The notes under the pieces were generated by a model, which was not told the origin of the DNA, did no database searches, and saw only the letters and a program-made list of their open reading frames with translations. Made by a program: the position numbers and the translations under genes. From the NCBI RefSeq assembly GCF_009914755.1, contig NC_060941.1: a stretch of DNA of 64,000 nt; one strand, written 5' to 3'. Below are positions 1-16,994 of this stretch, one piece after another. The DNA comes from the human T2T-CHM13v2.0 reference genome, Homo sapiens. Position 1 is the stretch's first letter, and every line of letters begins with the position of its first letter.

Positions 1-385
1 ACGACTGCAGCCCTAGTCGTTTGCAGTTCCCTTGCCATTTATGGGACCCTTTGGCTTTTACAGAGCGTGTCCAGCCATCAGAGTGCGGAAGCCAGTGCGC
101 AGGTCACTAACATTTACAAAGCACAGGCCCTTGACAGTTTATACTACCCGTGGAGGTCTCAAGCGGCAGGGCCCCTCTCCCCTGTTCCCTGTCCCTGAGG
201 TGGGGGAATGGGGATGGGGAGCGGCCGCCCCCCCCTCCCCCGAGGCCGGACGCCCGCATTTCCTGTCAGGCAGCAGGGTCCGGGCAGGCGCCTCTTCCAG
301 GCCCGGGATTAATGAGTCTCTGGACTGGGAGATGGCAGAGGCATGTAGACTTTGTTCAATTACAGCCGTGAGAGCCTCCTCATCA

Positions 386-931
<546 letters not shown>

Positions 932-1567
932 TCACCCCGAGCCTGGCGGTGCAGGGCCTCTGCAGGAGCTGTCTTGTTCTCCTCCCGGAACGCTCTTCCC
1001 CGGATGTGCTCCCGCTTTGGGGTCTGCTCAGATGCCTCCCTGACCACACTTGTCCTGCCGCACTTTCTTCACATTTATTCATTTTCATTCTTGCCCACTG
1101 GCCGCCTCCCCCGCAAGACCAGGAGGAGCCGGCCTTGCTCACAGGAGACAGGGCAGGTGCAGGAAGGCTGCCGCAAGGCCCAGCGCAGGCAGCAGGCAGC
1201 AGGGCTGTGCGGGAGGTGGTCTGGGGACAGTGCTGCCATTCCGTTTATTCCGGGGGTCTGCTCTGGGAAGGCTTTCCAGGAGCGAGCCGATACTGAGCCG
1301 ATAGGCGCGTTGTGCTGGCTGAGGACTCTGCACCTCAGAGAAGGGAAGCCAGGAGCTCCAAGTCAAACAGCAGGCAGCACCCGTGCCGGGGGTTAGCGTC
1401 CCGGCTGCGCTCCCGCTCCCATGCCCTCCCTCGGGGCCGAGCTCTGCTTCTGAGGGCGGAGCCCAAGGAGGCCCGTGCTGCCCACCTGGCGGCTCAGGCT
1501 CCAGCAGCCCCGAAACTGTGGTCAAGTCCCTCTTCCCCCAGGGAATCGGCAGGGGCCGGAAGGATTG

Positions 1568-2221
1568 AATATGTCCCCCAAGCTGCTGTGTTGGGAGGTG
1601 GGGCCTCACAGCAGGATTAGATCCTGGGGGCCTGCCCTCCTGAATGGATGAATGCTGCCAGCCATCTCCCAGTGGGTTAGTTACCGAGGGGGTTGGTTGT
1701 AATAAAAGGGCGTTTTGCCCTCCCCTGCTGCCTTCAGCACTCTCTTGCCTTTCGGCCTTCCTTCAGCCATGGGAGGACACAGCAGGGAGGCCTTGTCAGA
1801 TGCCGGCCTGGATCTTGATTTCCCAGCCTCCAGAACCCTGAGAAATTTCTGTTGTTTAGAAAGTACCCAGTCTGGGCTGGGCACATGGCTCACACTTGTA
1901 ATCCTAGCACTTTGGGAGGCCAAGGCGGGCGGATCGCTTGAGGCCAGGAGCTCACGACCAGCTGGGGCAACATAGCAACACCTCATCTGTACAAAAAAGC
2001 CAGGTGTGGTGGTGCATGTCTGTAGTCCCAGCTACTCCAGGAGCTGAAGTGGGAGGATTGCCTGAGCCCAGGAGTTCGAGGCTGCAATGAGCGGTGATTG
2101 CCACTGCACTCCAGCCTGGGTGACAGATTGAGACCCTGTCTCAATTTAAGAAAAGAATAAAGAAGAAGAAATCATCCAGTTTGTGGTATTTTGTTATAGC
2201 AACAATGAAACAGATGAATAC
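1568..2221 (+). mobile_element. MaLR LTR (MST/MLT1A-like) interrupted by an Alu
   Basis: ccagcctccagaaccctgagaaatttctgttgttt...ccagt[Alu]ttgtggtattttgttatagca motif. Confidence 0.7.
1875..2170 (+). mobile_element. AluJ
   Basis: J-type gggaggattgcctgagcccaggagttcgaggctgca right arm. Confidence 0.9.
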
Positions 2222-5200
2222 AGGCCCCCAACACCAGCATTATCTCATCCTGGTTTCCCTGTGGGCAGGGGCTGTGGTGGGCAGGCAGGACCAGTCACCT
2301 CATCTTCCAACAGGGGCTTCGCATCTGACCACACCTCTCCCTGATGCACCAATCCTCTCAACCACACCCCCACCAAGGCCTGCTGGCCTCTGCTTGCATA
2401 CCTGCCCTGATGGGGAGCTCACTCCCATACAGACGCGATTCCTGGAGGGATCTGGGTTCCATCTTCTTTTCCCTGTTCTAGTTCCCCAGGCCTGTGACGT
2501 GAGGGGCCCATGTGTAAACCCTGGCTCACTCTCAATGCTCATTTCTTTGCCTCTTGTGAAAGCTGTTGCAAATCCTTTTGGAAACCAGGTGGGAGGGTCT
2601 ATATATACACTGGCTGTACTATGTTTATCAGAGCTTGTGTATCTTCACGCCCAGGGCAGCCGGCTTCTCCTGGAGGTTACAGAGGCTCAGCGAGGCTCTG
2701 ACCCCTCCTGAGGCCACCAGAGAGTGAGGCAGAGCCAGGGAAGCCCAGAAACCCAGGCGTCCTGCCCCTAGTCCCTACCCCCAGCTGAGGCTCTGCCCAG
2801 CCCCAGTGAGCCACCTGCCAAGCCAGGTTTAGCTGCAGCCACCCCCTCTGTCCTCGCAGAAGCCGTGGGCTGCTCTATTCCTGTTCTGGGCCAGCCTTAT
2901 TGGGGACTTGAGTTGGGGAGGCCTGGCGAGGCAGCAGCAGCTGCAAGCTCTGGTTGGGGATGGGGGAGTTGCTCTGTGAACTAGCCTAGGAAATTCTTTC
3001 CTTGTCTGCCTCCCAAACCCTCCATGGCTCCCTATTCCCACAACATCCAAGGAAAAGGAGGCACAGCATGAACTTGACAGCAGGGCCTTATCTGGGTTGT
3101 TCTCCACAGGGTTTGGCCCATGGCACGTGTTATCTGAGCACCTTCTATGTGCCACGTTGTGTTCTAGAACCAGAGCTGTACCAGGGCTCAGACAGACCTG
3201 GACCTGCTCAGCCAGGGTGTCAGGCAGGGAGGAGGCACCCACCTTCGCGGAAAGCTGTGCTCCCCCCATTCTTCCAGCATCACCCCATGATCACTCCCTA
3301 AGGAGAAGCAGTGAACTCTAAGTTAATTAGAAAAGTCATTTAAACTAGTTAAGCTTAATTACCATTAAATGATTACATTTAATTAATTAATTTTTTTACA
3401 TTTGAATTTAAAAGCCCCTGGGGCAGGCAGGGATTTTCTGCCACCCAAGAGACCAAGGGGTTGAAGGACAGATGGCACGGGCCCTGCAGGCCATGGCAGA
3501 GAGGCTGAACTTCATATTCAGGGCAAAAGTCACTGGAGGGCTGTGAGCCGGGGAGAGATGTCATCTGATTGCATTAAGAACAACAGCAGCGCAAGATCAC
3601 ACCTGTTTGCCCTCAAAGCCCTACTCCGTGCCTCTTCAGCCCCCACTGTCCCCAGCCCTTGGGTCAGACAACCTTGAATTTGACACTTTCACCCCAGGTT
3701 GTATGACCTTGAAGATGTCACTGCACCTCTCAGAGACTCAGTTTCCTCATCTGCAAATTGGGGCAGGATCTGGCAGGATTGCAGGTGGTTTCAACAGAAC
3801 CCTGCAGCATGGAACAGGCTGGCACACAGTAGGTACTCCATGAATAATGCTGTCCCCCTGGTCCCTGCCTCCACTGCCTCCTCTTGGGCCAAACCCAAGT
3901 TTATTCTGCTTCCTATAGTTGCCTTCAACTACAATCTGTCCCCGTGGGGTCCCTCAGGATGCACATCCATGGCAGAGCTGGGCTTGCCCTTAAACCTTGG
4001 GCTAGGAGGCTGGAGGCATCTGTCCTGGGACTCTGAGATTTCACAGGCTGTGCTTGTAAGTGGGCACAGACCTGCCGTCTTGGAGTCCTGGAGCCCTGAT
4101 TGGAGCTAGGGCAGAGCCTGGCCAGGTACCCAGACCCCCTCCTGGGGCCCACTTGGTCCCTTCTGTCTGTGGATGACTTTCAGCGAGTCACCACGTCCCT
4201 CACGGTTTGGTTGCTGTGAAGTGGAGCGGAGGGGTCAAGGTTGCTTGCGTGAGTGCAAAGCCAGCCAGCTGAGGCTGGTGTTCCTCAGGAGCATCCATCC
4301 AGCCGAGAGAGGAGACTTGGAAGTGTATATCCTGCGCCATCTCCAAGGGATGGAGCTCCAGTTGCACCCAGCGGTAGCTCTGTTGATGACATGGCCTTGG
4401 TTGGCTCTTCCCTGTCTCACTTCTCCACTTCCCTATGGGTATTTCCTAGGATTTACTTGAGTCCAAAGCTTCTCAGTGTCTGAGAGTGTACTGGGAGAAC
4501 CCAAGGAGACAGCGCCTCTGAGAATCATGGTGGGGAGAACAGGACCTGATGACGAAGTGCTCGGCAAATGACGCCTGATGTTACAGGGATCCTTGCTGAC
4601 CCACTGGACCACGCCCTCCACACCAGCGCTGGTGGTTCCCCACAGTCTGAGGTCTACTTCCCCCAGCTTCTCTCGCACCTTTAGACTTCTCTGTGGCACT
4701 GCTTTCTCCTCTCCTCACCATCTCAGCTCCTCCCTCCTGTTAGCTGTGTGGCCCTGGGCAAGTCACTGCCCCTCTCTGATTCTCCACGTTCTCAGTCCCG
4801 TGGCGGGGACCTGACACCCTCTCTGGGCAAATGCCAGCATGCTTTGCTAAGCAGTCCTATCCCAGGTCTTGTGGTGTCTGCCAGAAATCTCCGGGAGGCA
4901 GAGGATGAAGGCCTGGGCGTTAGTGTGCCTGGTTGGAGGTCCTGGGGACGAAGGCTGCTGGGGTGGGGGTATTGCACTCCTGGTTGAAGGTCCTGGGGAA
5001 GTGTTTGTGGGGCTGTCACTCATTCATCTTGTTAGGCCAAGGTGTGAGGAGGTGGGCCGAGGTGGGTGGGGGAGGTTGACGTTGTGGAAATCACTGAGGG
5101 CCTGGAAAGCTGCTGCGAAGAGTCCGGGACTCCTGGGCATAGAGTAATGTTGGTGCCTTGACCAGAGCCTACAGACCTCCTTACTGGGACAAGCCAGCTC

Positions 5201-5312
5201 CCCGCCTGCTCTGTGCTGTGCTGCTAACCCTTGCATCTCAAACCTGCTTCAGGGAAGTATGCAGCAGGAAAGCCTAGCCCCTTGCCTTAAGGCAGGACAA
5301 ACTCAGAGGCAT

Positions 5313-5500
5313 AATTTGTGCTGCAGAGCTCCCTTGGGCTCAGGCCACGGCAGGGATGGAAATTGAAGAAACCCTTGCTTGTCTTCTCCTTCTTTTTCCC
5401 TGGCTCCCTCGCTGGTTTCAGCTGGAAGAAACTCCCTAGGGAAACATTTGCACCTGAATCCTGCTCTCAGGCTCGGCTTCTGGGAGAACCTGACATGAGA
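5313..5500 (+). mobile_element. ERVL LTR fragment (LTR16/LTR33-like)
   Basis: gaatcctgctctcaggctcggcttctgggagaacc 3'-end motif; a similar relic may lie at ~4240-4510. Confidence 0.45.
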
Positions 5501-5574
5501 CAACCTGCTGGCCCTGGGCACCACAGGCGTGTTTTAATAGAATGAGTTTATTGGTTAGAATGCAGGCTCGGTTA

Positions 5575-6130
<556 letters not shown>

Positions 6131-8510
6131 CCAGTCGCTCCCGGGACAGTGGGGTCCACGGCTGCGGGAGGGGAATAGAGGTGGGGACTGTCATTCCCTC
6201 TGCAGGGAGGGAGCACAAACTTTAAAGCGGGGACAAGATTCTTTTAGAAAGAATGGTCTTCGTGTAAGAAAATATGCAGAGGATTCTGTGTCTGTGGAAA
6301 GGGAGCTCTTGCCGGGGATGCGGGAAGATGTTTCTGGAGGTGCCCGGCCCAGGGCGTCCTGGGGCAAGGAGTGGCCAGGCAGGTCCTATGAGGACCCTCC
6401 TAGGGAAATCCGACCTTCTTCCATCTTCAGGGAAAGTGGACACAGGCAGCAGCCTGGGAGGGGCGTCGGAGGTGGGGAAAAGGAGCGGGTGTAAACGGAG
6501 CCCTCCAGGCGGGCAGGGACAAGTAGAAAACGACAAAGCTAGGTCGCGAGTGTAACGACACGGAACATGGCAGCAGTGGGGTGAGGGACCCTAGGCCTCC
6601 TGGGAACTTCCAGGGCAGTTTGAGAAAGCCAGGTTCCCCCAGGAGGGGTTGGGGCGTTTCCATTTTAAATATTAGCGGGGTGTCCCGGGAGGCTGATAAC
6701 TGGCTTCCGTCCATTTCCCACACGTGTTTGCAAAACGAATGTGTCAGATGTGCAGATGCGCATCCCTGGCGCCCCAGCATAGTCTGCGGCCTTCTGCCCC
6801 GTGGTTACCGTTTTCCGTGGCTTCCCCGAGACACTCCTTGCCCTGGACGCAGCCTCTGACTCCAGCTTCCACTCCAGTAAATAGCCCCGACGTGGACACC
6901 TTGCGCAGGCAGCTTTGCTGGCATTTCAGATTTGAGATGATTTCCTCGGGCATGATTCCCAGAAGAGAAGTCGGGTAGGGGAAGTGCATTTGCCTGTAAG
7001 GGCCGTGGTTGATACAGCCAAATGTCTGCCTGGTCCAGTGGTGCCAATGTACCCGACCACCTGCAGAGCACAGGCAAAACCTTCCTCGGGGAAGGGTGGG
7101 ATAGTTTGGTTTCATCTCTTTCCCAGATTTTTAAAGTACTATTGAAGATACTAAGCAATTTAAAAAGTAATTTTACCTATAATCCCGTCTGCTAGCATGT
7201 TGATTTATTCCTTCTAGCCTTTTTTCTAAATATAAATTTTTTATTGTGTGAAAATTTACATACACGAGCCTTTTATTATGAAAAGTTAAGACATACACAG
7301 AAACAGAGAGTCACATAAGGAACCTTCAGGAAGCCAGCACCAGCTGCAGCAGTGATGCCCACACACAGTCCTGTCTCATCTCTACCCTCAGCTACTTCCC
7401 CTCCCAAATTATCTAAACATTCATTCCATTCATCCCAGACACAGTATAATTTAATTCACAAATATTTCAGAGCATAGCTCTGGATGATTAGGATCTTAAA
7501 AAATGACAATAACAGTCTTTAGTATTTGCACAAGTAACAACCATCCCTTAATATCAGCAACCATTCAGTCTCTGTTCAGATTTCCAAATGTCTCATGAAT
7601 AATAGAATTAACAAAAGAATGGTTTGATTTGGTATCTGAATAAGACCCCGCGTCTCCACTGGCTGATGGATTGCCTTGGTGTCTTTCATTTAGTGGTTGC
7701 CCCTCCCTGTTTTCTTCCTCATAATTTATTTGTTGAAGAAACTGGGTTGTTAGATTGTAGAGTTTCCCGTAGTCTGTATTTCCGGTAAATCGGTAGCTGG
7801 TCTAGTGACTTGACCAGATCAGGTTGGACTTTTTTTTTTTTTTTTGGCAAGAACACTTGGTGCAGAGTTCTCTGCTCTTCTGTTGGGAGGCAGTGTTCTG
7901 TCTTCTCTTTGTGGTATTAGCAGCTGCTGATGCTCAGTGCCTGGACTCATTAATTTATTAGTGGTTGCAAATAAATTTAAAACAAATTAGTGGTTGCATA
8001 ACGGTGATATTCTGTCATTCCTTCATGTATTCGCTGAAATGTTTCTATAGAGAGAAACTGACCCTCAACAAAACTTCTGCTATTTGGCTACCTGGTGGTA
8101 CAGTTTATAAAGTGATATATGCTTGATCTGGTTCCTCTAACAGTTTTCTAAATTAAATTGTTCTTCCAACGATGATCAAGTAGGGATAAAAAAATAAGTA
8201 CAAACTTGTGAATTCAAAGACATTTTCTGTGTTTTAATTGACTGCATTAATTGCCCTTATTGAAGTTCAAATTGTCCCATCTTTCAAGCTGGCTCTTGAG
8301 TACTTTGGACATGACCCCATTGGTCTTTGAGAATGTACTTGCTCTCTGGTTTGGCAAGATGCTGCAGGTTTATTGTGTGCATTTACTGCTCTAGACCTGG
8401 AGTCAGCCATTTCTCCCAGGAGCCCTAGTTCCTTTTAGTGAGAAGTGGCTCCACAACCTTTGTCAAAATAGCATGTAAAACAAAATATAAAAAAAGGAAA
8501 ATAGAATTAA

Positions 8511-8882
<372 letters not shown>

Positions 8883-9246
8883 TGTGGTCAGTATTTCTAC
8901 ATCATTAAATCATAATGATACTTCCTATTCAAATTTAGGACCGCAGGGCTTTCACTTAACTTCTGTCATTTATTTGTATTCATTTTCTCTAGGAAAGAAT
9001 CTGGTTCTCAATGACACACATTAATACAGTAAGAAAACCATTTGCATGAAGCCACCGTACACACACAATGATATCAGAATAATACCAGCACCATCGTCAG
9101 CATAATGCAATGATTGAAACAGTTTAAAATGATTTTTTCTTTTTGTCTTTAGGGCATATTGCACTAGAAATGTATAGTCAAATTATGGTATTTTAAAGTT
9201 CCTTGGAATACTTCCTCTCAATGTGGTTGTAAAATGTGTATACACA

Positions 9247-9627
<381 letters not shown>

Positions 9628-9751
9628 CTAAAATCAGATCTACAGAATGAATTATATTCAGAGAAGCCTAACTTCTATTCCTTTCTGCCCCACCTTGTCC
9701 CCACTCTTCCCCATATGTAACCATTATACGCAATATACAGTTTATCCTTCA

Positions 9752-10284
9752 TGGCATTTGTAAAACATGGCCACAAATCCTTGGATAGTCATCCCATTAA
9801 GAGATGTGGTCTATGTCCCTCTGCTTGCATCTGGAGGATTTGTGACTGCTTTAGCTAACAATGTGGCAGAAATGATGCTCAGAGACTTCTGAGGTGGGTT
9901 GTAAAATGCCTTAGAGCCTCCACCCAGCTCACCTGGGGCATTCATGCTTGGAGCCCCCTGAGCCATCACGTGAAGAAGTCCAGTCACTCCAAGACCCCTT
10001 TTTGGAGAGGCCGCGTGTAGGCACCTGGGTCCATCCGCTGAGCCCAGCCTTCCAGATGTCCCACCAAACACTGCTGTGTGAGTGAAGCCATCATGGAGCC
10101 TCCAGATCAGCCCATCTTCCAACCGGCTGTCAGTGAGTGATCTCCATCAACGCCGCATGGGAAAGAAAAACCACCCAGCCAGCCCTGCCTGAACTCCTGA
10201 CCCAAATAATCATTTATGCAATAAAATGATTGTTCAGACCCACCAAAAAGGTAGTTTGTTATGCTGCTTCAGGTAATTAGAACA
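9752..10284 (+). mobile_element. MLT1 (F/G-like) solo LTR
   Basis: atggccacaaatcc...gtgactgctt...gtgagtgaagccatc...agccctgcctgaactcctgaccca...gtagtttgttatgc. Confidence 0.75.
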
Positions 10285-10429
10285 CCCTTCCTTTTCCATT
10301 TTTAATATAAGCTGGTTCATATATGTGTGTATCCTGTCTCTGTATTAGATAAATGGTAGCATATTAGAGTCACTTCCCTACCTCACACTTTTCACTAGAC
10401 AATATGTTCTGGCCATCACTCCAGAGAGA

Positions 10430-10735
10430 TTTTATTTTATCTTATTTTATTTATTCTTTATCTGAGACAAGGTCTTACTCTGTCACCCAGGCTGGAGTAT
10501 AGTAGTGTGATCATAGCTTACTGCAGCCTCAACCCCCTGGGCTCAAACAATCCCTCCTGAGCCTCCTGAGTAGCTGGGACCACAGGTGTGCACCATTGCA
10601 CTGGGCTAATTTTTTTTTTTTATATAGCGCTTTCCTATGTTGCCCAGGCTGTTCTCAAACTCCTGGGCTCAAGCAATCCTCCTGCCTTGGCCCCCCAAAG
10701 CGTTGGGATTACAGGTGTGAGCCTCCATCTCAGCC
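10430..10735 (-). mobile_element. AluJ
   Basis: Reverse Alu with J diagnostics; TSD tccagaga(g/a)atttta. Confidence 0.92.
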
Positions 10736-12554
10736 TCCAGAGAAATTTTAAAGGACAGGTTTGAATTTTGTTTTGTTAGCCAATATAGAAATCTTTTTTC
10801 TGCTAATAGGTGAATTAAGACCATATAATGAGTATGTTTAACCTCAGTTCTGTCATATTGTTTTATGTTACATTTATACTTACGTAAATCTTTTAAACAA
10901 ATTGTTTTTCAGTGTGGCTTTTATTTTTCTCTATCTCTTATTGGTTTTTTTTTTTGGTACTAAGGAAGGGTCATATTTTTGCTGAAATGATTACCTTTAT
11001 ACTAATATCTGCACATAATGCTTTCAGTTCCCTCTTTTTTGTCTGTTGGTTTCCTACTATGAACAATATTGAAATGTGCTAGTATCCTCTTCCCTTTCCT
11101 TTCCCACAGCACCTGATTTGAATTAATATCCTTTTACTCCTAGTTATTAACTATAAGGCAGTCAACAAGCTTATTCTACTTTTCATATGCTCTTCCCATT
11201 TTCCCTCAAATATCTCATAATTGTACTGTAACAGCTGTACTTTATTCCTTACAACCATTGTTTACTCCTAATCGTACAAGTAAGTATATGCTGTATATGT
11301 TGAATACGCACCATCAGACCTTATGTTTATGTTTCTCTAGTCACTTTGGTTGCCTGACGCTTGTTTTCTAATAGGGTCCTCAGTAGGTGCTCCCAGGAAT
11401 AATACTCTTGGAGTTCTTGCATGTTGATAATTGTTTATGACCCTTATACTTGAACATCAGTTTGGCTGGAGACATATCTTTCTTGGATTGTACTTTACCC
11501 CTTTAATAATGTGGCCATACTAGTCCCTTGTCTTCTGGCATGAAGTATTGATGTAGGTAAGTCTGATGACAGTCTGATTTTCCTGATAAGTGACTTAATC
11601 TTTTTCTTTCTCTTTTTTCCTTTTGTCATGCCGTCTTGTCTAAGAGTGACTTGATCTTTTCCCAGATTCTCAATGGCATCCATAGAATATGTCATAGAAT
11701 ATGATTCTCTGTTGGATGTGCTGGGTCACTTTTTTTTTAGGTACACAATGTTGTTTCAAGTTTTTATCTATCTCAGGAAAGTGTTTTTAAATTGTAGTGT
11801 TTACTCTTTCTTTGATTATCTAGCTTTGGTTTTCTTTTTCAGCAGCTACTATTATACATATGTTAGATCATTTGCCTGTCATCTACATAGTCACTTTCTC
11901 TCAATCCTAGTTCTCTGTCTTCCATTTTTTTGTTTTAGAAATGTTCATCATTTTATCTTCTTTGTGTTCATTTGGTCTTGTGTTCCTTCTAGTTTAGTCG
12001 TCATTCTGAAATAGGGTTTTTCTTTTATTTCTAATTATTTCTTCAGTTCTAGCACATCTTTCCTGAAGTCTTCCAAATTTTGTTATTCTTTTATAACTTT
12101 TGTTACTTTCTTAACTTCTGTTGGCTCATTTTTAAATGAGTTTCTACACTTTGGGGCATGTATTTTGGGGCATGTGTTTCTGGAATGCCTTCATTATCTG
12201 TGGGGGCATCATTCATCATTCTCATTTTTCTTACAATAATTTTGTATGGGGTTTAACCACAATCATTTTGTGTTGCTTATTTTTTAATGAAATGAGTTTT
12301 CTAAACTCTGAAGAAGAGGGTGGGTCAGAGCCACTTTTCTAACTTCACGGCTCTATAGTTTCCTCTTCTGTTGCTTTTGTGAAGTGTTAAAAAATAGGAT
12401 CTTGTACTTTATTTTATACCCCTTTTCCTTCCTACCTAAACCTTTTCTCCCTTCTTCCCTCCCTCCCTCTCTTGCTCTTTCTTTCTTTCATTTCTAGTTT
12501 TTGGTTCTTGTTGTCTCTGTTCTGCCCATTTTAGATTCTACTCTCAGCCTGTTC

Positions 12555-12903
<349 letters not shown>

Positions 12904-13789
12904 TAGCACTATTCCGGCCCCTCTGACCTTTCTATGAACCCCTTGTAATCACCATGAGTGGGGCGTGTAGCAAGACCTCCCAGTCTCAGCAATGACTGTC
13001 ACTTCCAGTTGGAAGCAATTAAGACCTGGTGTGCCTCCTCCCTCTTTTTCTTTTACTGCTGTGGTGATCTCCAAAGACACAGTGGCATCTAAGGTAGAGG
13101 GAGCCTTGATCCTCCATCATCCCTATAAGGCACACAGAACAGACTGGAGGCAACTAGATCAGAATCCTACTAGATGTTTAAAGGGAATGTGATTCCAGGG
13201 AAATCCCATGCCTGGCTTACAAAAGCCTTTGATGACTTGAAACTTAAAAAGGGATTAAATGACATTAGGACCTTTGGCCTTCTAGGAGAGAGGCAGTGGA
13301 CTGAGAAAGTGGGAAATCTCACCCAGATAGGGATAAGAAGAAAAAGGAAACAGGCAGAAAGAGAACAACCCAAAAGGCAGAATGAAGGGCCCTGGAGGAC
13401 ACTGGACAAGGGAGTTTCTCCCCTGAGAAGCATCAGGGCCTGATGAAAGGCCCATCCTCATCCTCAAGGTAGGGGCTGCCCACAGACGACCGGTGGGCTC
13501 TCAAAGTCACTATGAATCTTTACATGTCTGCACAGGCTCTAGGTGGGAAGGATGCCCGTGGTATCCACCGGAGTATACTGGGGGGTGTGGAGAAGGGTAA
13601 GTAACTTGTCATTTTAGTTGAGAAGGCCCTGGACAAGAGGACCCTCACAGACATAGACCTGCACATCACCCTGAGCTGGAGGCAGTGCTGGGTGGGACAG
13701 GTTTCTTTCCCTTAGGGAAGAGGGGTGTGTTCTCTGTATAGGAAAAATGGAGCAAGAGTTATCTGGTGACTGTAAGGAAATATTACAGC

Positions 13790-14174
13790 AGAGACAACCA
13801 GCACTCGCTACATATCCATGGTCTCCTTCCTTTCCCAGCCTCCCTGCCTGTTGAGTTGAGGCCACGTGACTCATCCTGGCAGATGGCGGACGCAGCGGGG
13901 ACCTGCACCAACCGCAGTGGAGACAGTTAAGAGTTGGGGCCTTCTCACATCCTCCTCTCTTGTTGGCAGTAACTGTGGAAGTCATATTGAGAGGATGGAA
14001 CCGCAGGATGGATGCTGCTTGGATGCCAGTGTCACTGTGTGGAGCAGAGCTGCCTTAGACATTATCCAATTTATCTTAGACTGGGACATGATGAGGAAAT
14101 GAACCTTAGTTTGCTTAAGCCATCAAGATTGAGGGGTTTTGTTACCACAGCTTGTCTTAATCTGTCCTAACACA
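13790..14174 (+). mobile_element. MLT1 (J-like) LTR
   Basis: gccacgtgactc...gtggagcagagctgcc...ttaagccatcaagattgaggggttttgttaccacagc. Confidence 0.6.
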
Positions 14175-14219
14175 GGTGTATACTTCTTTTTTACACAAAA
14201 TTGAGACCGAACCAATCAT

Positions 14220-14546
<327 letters not shown>

Positions 14547-14574
14547 TAACATGCTTTAAAAAACTGTTAAAGAA

Positions 14575-15160
14575 TCAGCTTAATTGAGGCATAATTTATA
14601 GACTTTAAAATTCACCAACTAGAAGTGTCAGTTTGATAAATGGAGACAGCTGTGTAACCCCTGCCTAGGCCCCTTCCTTCACAACCCAGAGACCTCACCT
14701 GCACATTTGCGGTTGACTTCCATTCCCACCCCACCCCTCCCACCCCCTCACTAAACATGGATTTGTTTTCTGCCACTAGAGTTTTACCTTTTCCAGAATG
14801 CCGTATAAATGGAACATAATGCTTTTGAGATTGAGCCAAAAGTCCATTCCTTTTTATTGCTGAGTCGTATTTCATGGTATGGATGTGCCATGGTTTGTTT
14901 ATTGCCCATTCAGCAGTTGAGGGACGCTTGGGTTGTTTCCAGTTTTGGGCTATTGTGGATTAAGACGCTATGAACATTTGTGTACAGGTTTTGTGTGATC
15001 ACATGTTTTCATTTCTCTTGGGTAAATAGCTGAGAATAGAATTTCTGGGTTCTGTGATAAATGTAGATTCGACTTTAGGAAAGGCTGCCAAAATGTTTTC
15101 CAGAGTGGCTGTACCATGTTTTATTCTAATCAGCAATCTATCGGAGTACTACCTTCTTCT
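14575..15160 (-). mobile_element. L1M 3' fragment
   Basis: ccattcctttttattgctgagtcgtatttcatggtatggatgtgcc...ttgggttgtttccagttttgggctatt. Confidence 0.8.
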
Positions 15161-15206
15161 TCAGGAAGCTACGATAACATCATTATTTTGCAACTTAAGG
15201 AAAGAC

Positions 15207-15516
15207 TTTTTTTTTCCTTTTTTTTCTTTTTTCTTTGAGATGGAGTCTCGCTCTGTCACCCAGGCTGGAGTGCAGTGGCGCAATCTCGGCTCACTGCAAC
15301 CTCCGCCTCCTGGGTTCAGCCATTCTCCTGCCTCAGCCTCTCCAGTAGCTGGGACTACAGGCGCCCGCCACCACGCCCGGCTAATTTTTTGTATTTTTAG
15401 TAGAGACGGGGTTTCACCGTGTTAGCCGGGATGGTCTCAATCTCCTGACCTTGTGATCCACCCTCCTTGGCCTCCCAAAATGCTGGGATTATAGGCGTGA
15501 GCCGCTGCTCCAGGCC
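15207..15516 (-). mobile_element. AluY/Sc-like
   Basis: ccattctcctgcc...caccgtgttagccgggatggtctc diagnostics. Confidence 0.93.
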
Positions 15517-16019
15517 AGAAAGATTTTTTTTGGAAAATGATTTCAATAGTTTGGATAGTTTAAACCATGCCGTATTGTTTCACATTTAGGTCACTTCCAT
15601 TTTGCTCCCTGGTTTGAGGTGTGACTGTGAAGGGCATCTTGTAAAGGAATTTTAGTGCACATCTTGGGCTATTTCCTGAAGCAAAATTCCTAAAAATGCG
15701 GTTAAAGGGTGAACTTTTCTTTCACCTTTTGATATACAATGCCCTCTTAAACTGTTGAACCAACTTCCATTAGAACCAGAGTGAGGGGCTTGTCACCCCT
15801 TTCCTGTCTGATTTGGAAAGGGCCTCGTCACGTAGTAAGGATATTCATCTTTCCAGGGCCTTATTTTCACAGTTTTTGTTTTGCCCATCCTACTCTGCTT
15901 CAGGTGTTTTTAATCCACAGGCTTTTTAAGCTATTTTGTCATCAAACGTGTCAGTCTATTCTTTTCGGCTTGTCTTTGGTGATATGCTTGGACAGGGCTT
16001 CCTCATCTGAAGAGCATGA

Positions 16020-16368
<349 letters not shown>

Positions 16369-16994
16369 TAAACTGCTTTATTTTTTTTTAAGACTTTGAA
16401 CTTTACATTTGGCACTGTATGTATTTATTTGTAACTGTTAAGTGTATGAGACACGCCAAAGAGAACATGGCACACATGCAAGTTTAACAGATAATAATAA
16501 AAATGCTCACCCCAAGATACCCAGGCAGAAGAGGAAGCCACAGAAGAGATTTAGTGTTTTCTTTGTTACATTTATGTAGAGGTTAAAACCAAGTAAAATT
16601 GAACTGTATATTGTTTAAGAATACACCTTCAGAACTGTAAAAAGCAAGGGAGTTTTTTTGAGAGGAGAGGGAGATGAAGCTGGGTGGGGACACTCGGGGC
16701 CTCCACGGGACTGGAATGCTGTGTCTTCAGGCGGGTGGTGGGCCTATTGGAGTCATTCTGGTCTAAACTGTATCCCGTCATTTTACAAACTCTTTGAATA
16801 TGTATCTTTCTCTGTGGGTATAGAAAAACCCAAACCAAAGTGCTTTTTCTATCCTATCACTCAACAATCAACACAGAACACTGACCAAATGTAGGGGGAT
16901 TGTTCCCCACCAGCAAGCAAGCACTTCTGCAGCAGACACCAGCTGGGTTCTGACACCATCGATCTGAAGACAACATCGGACCACAGGCTGAGGA

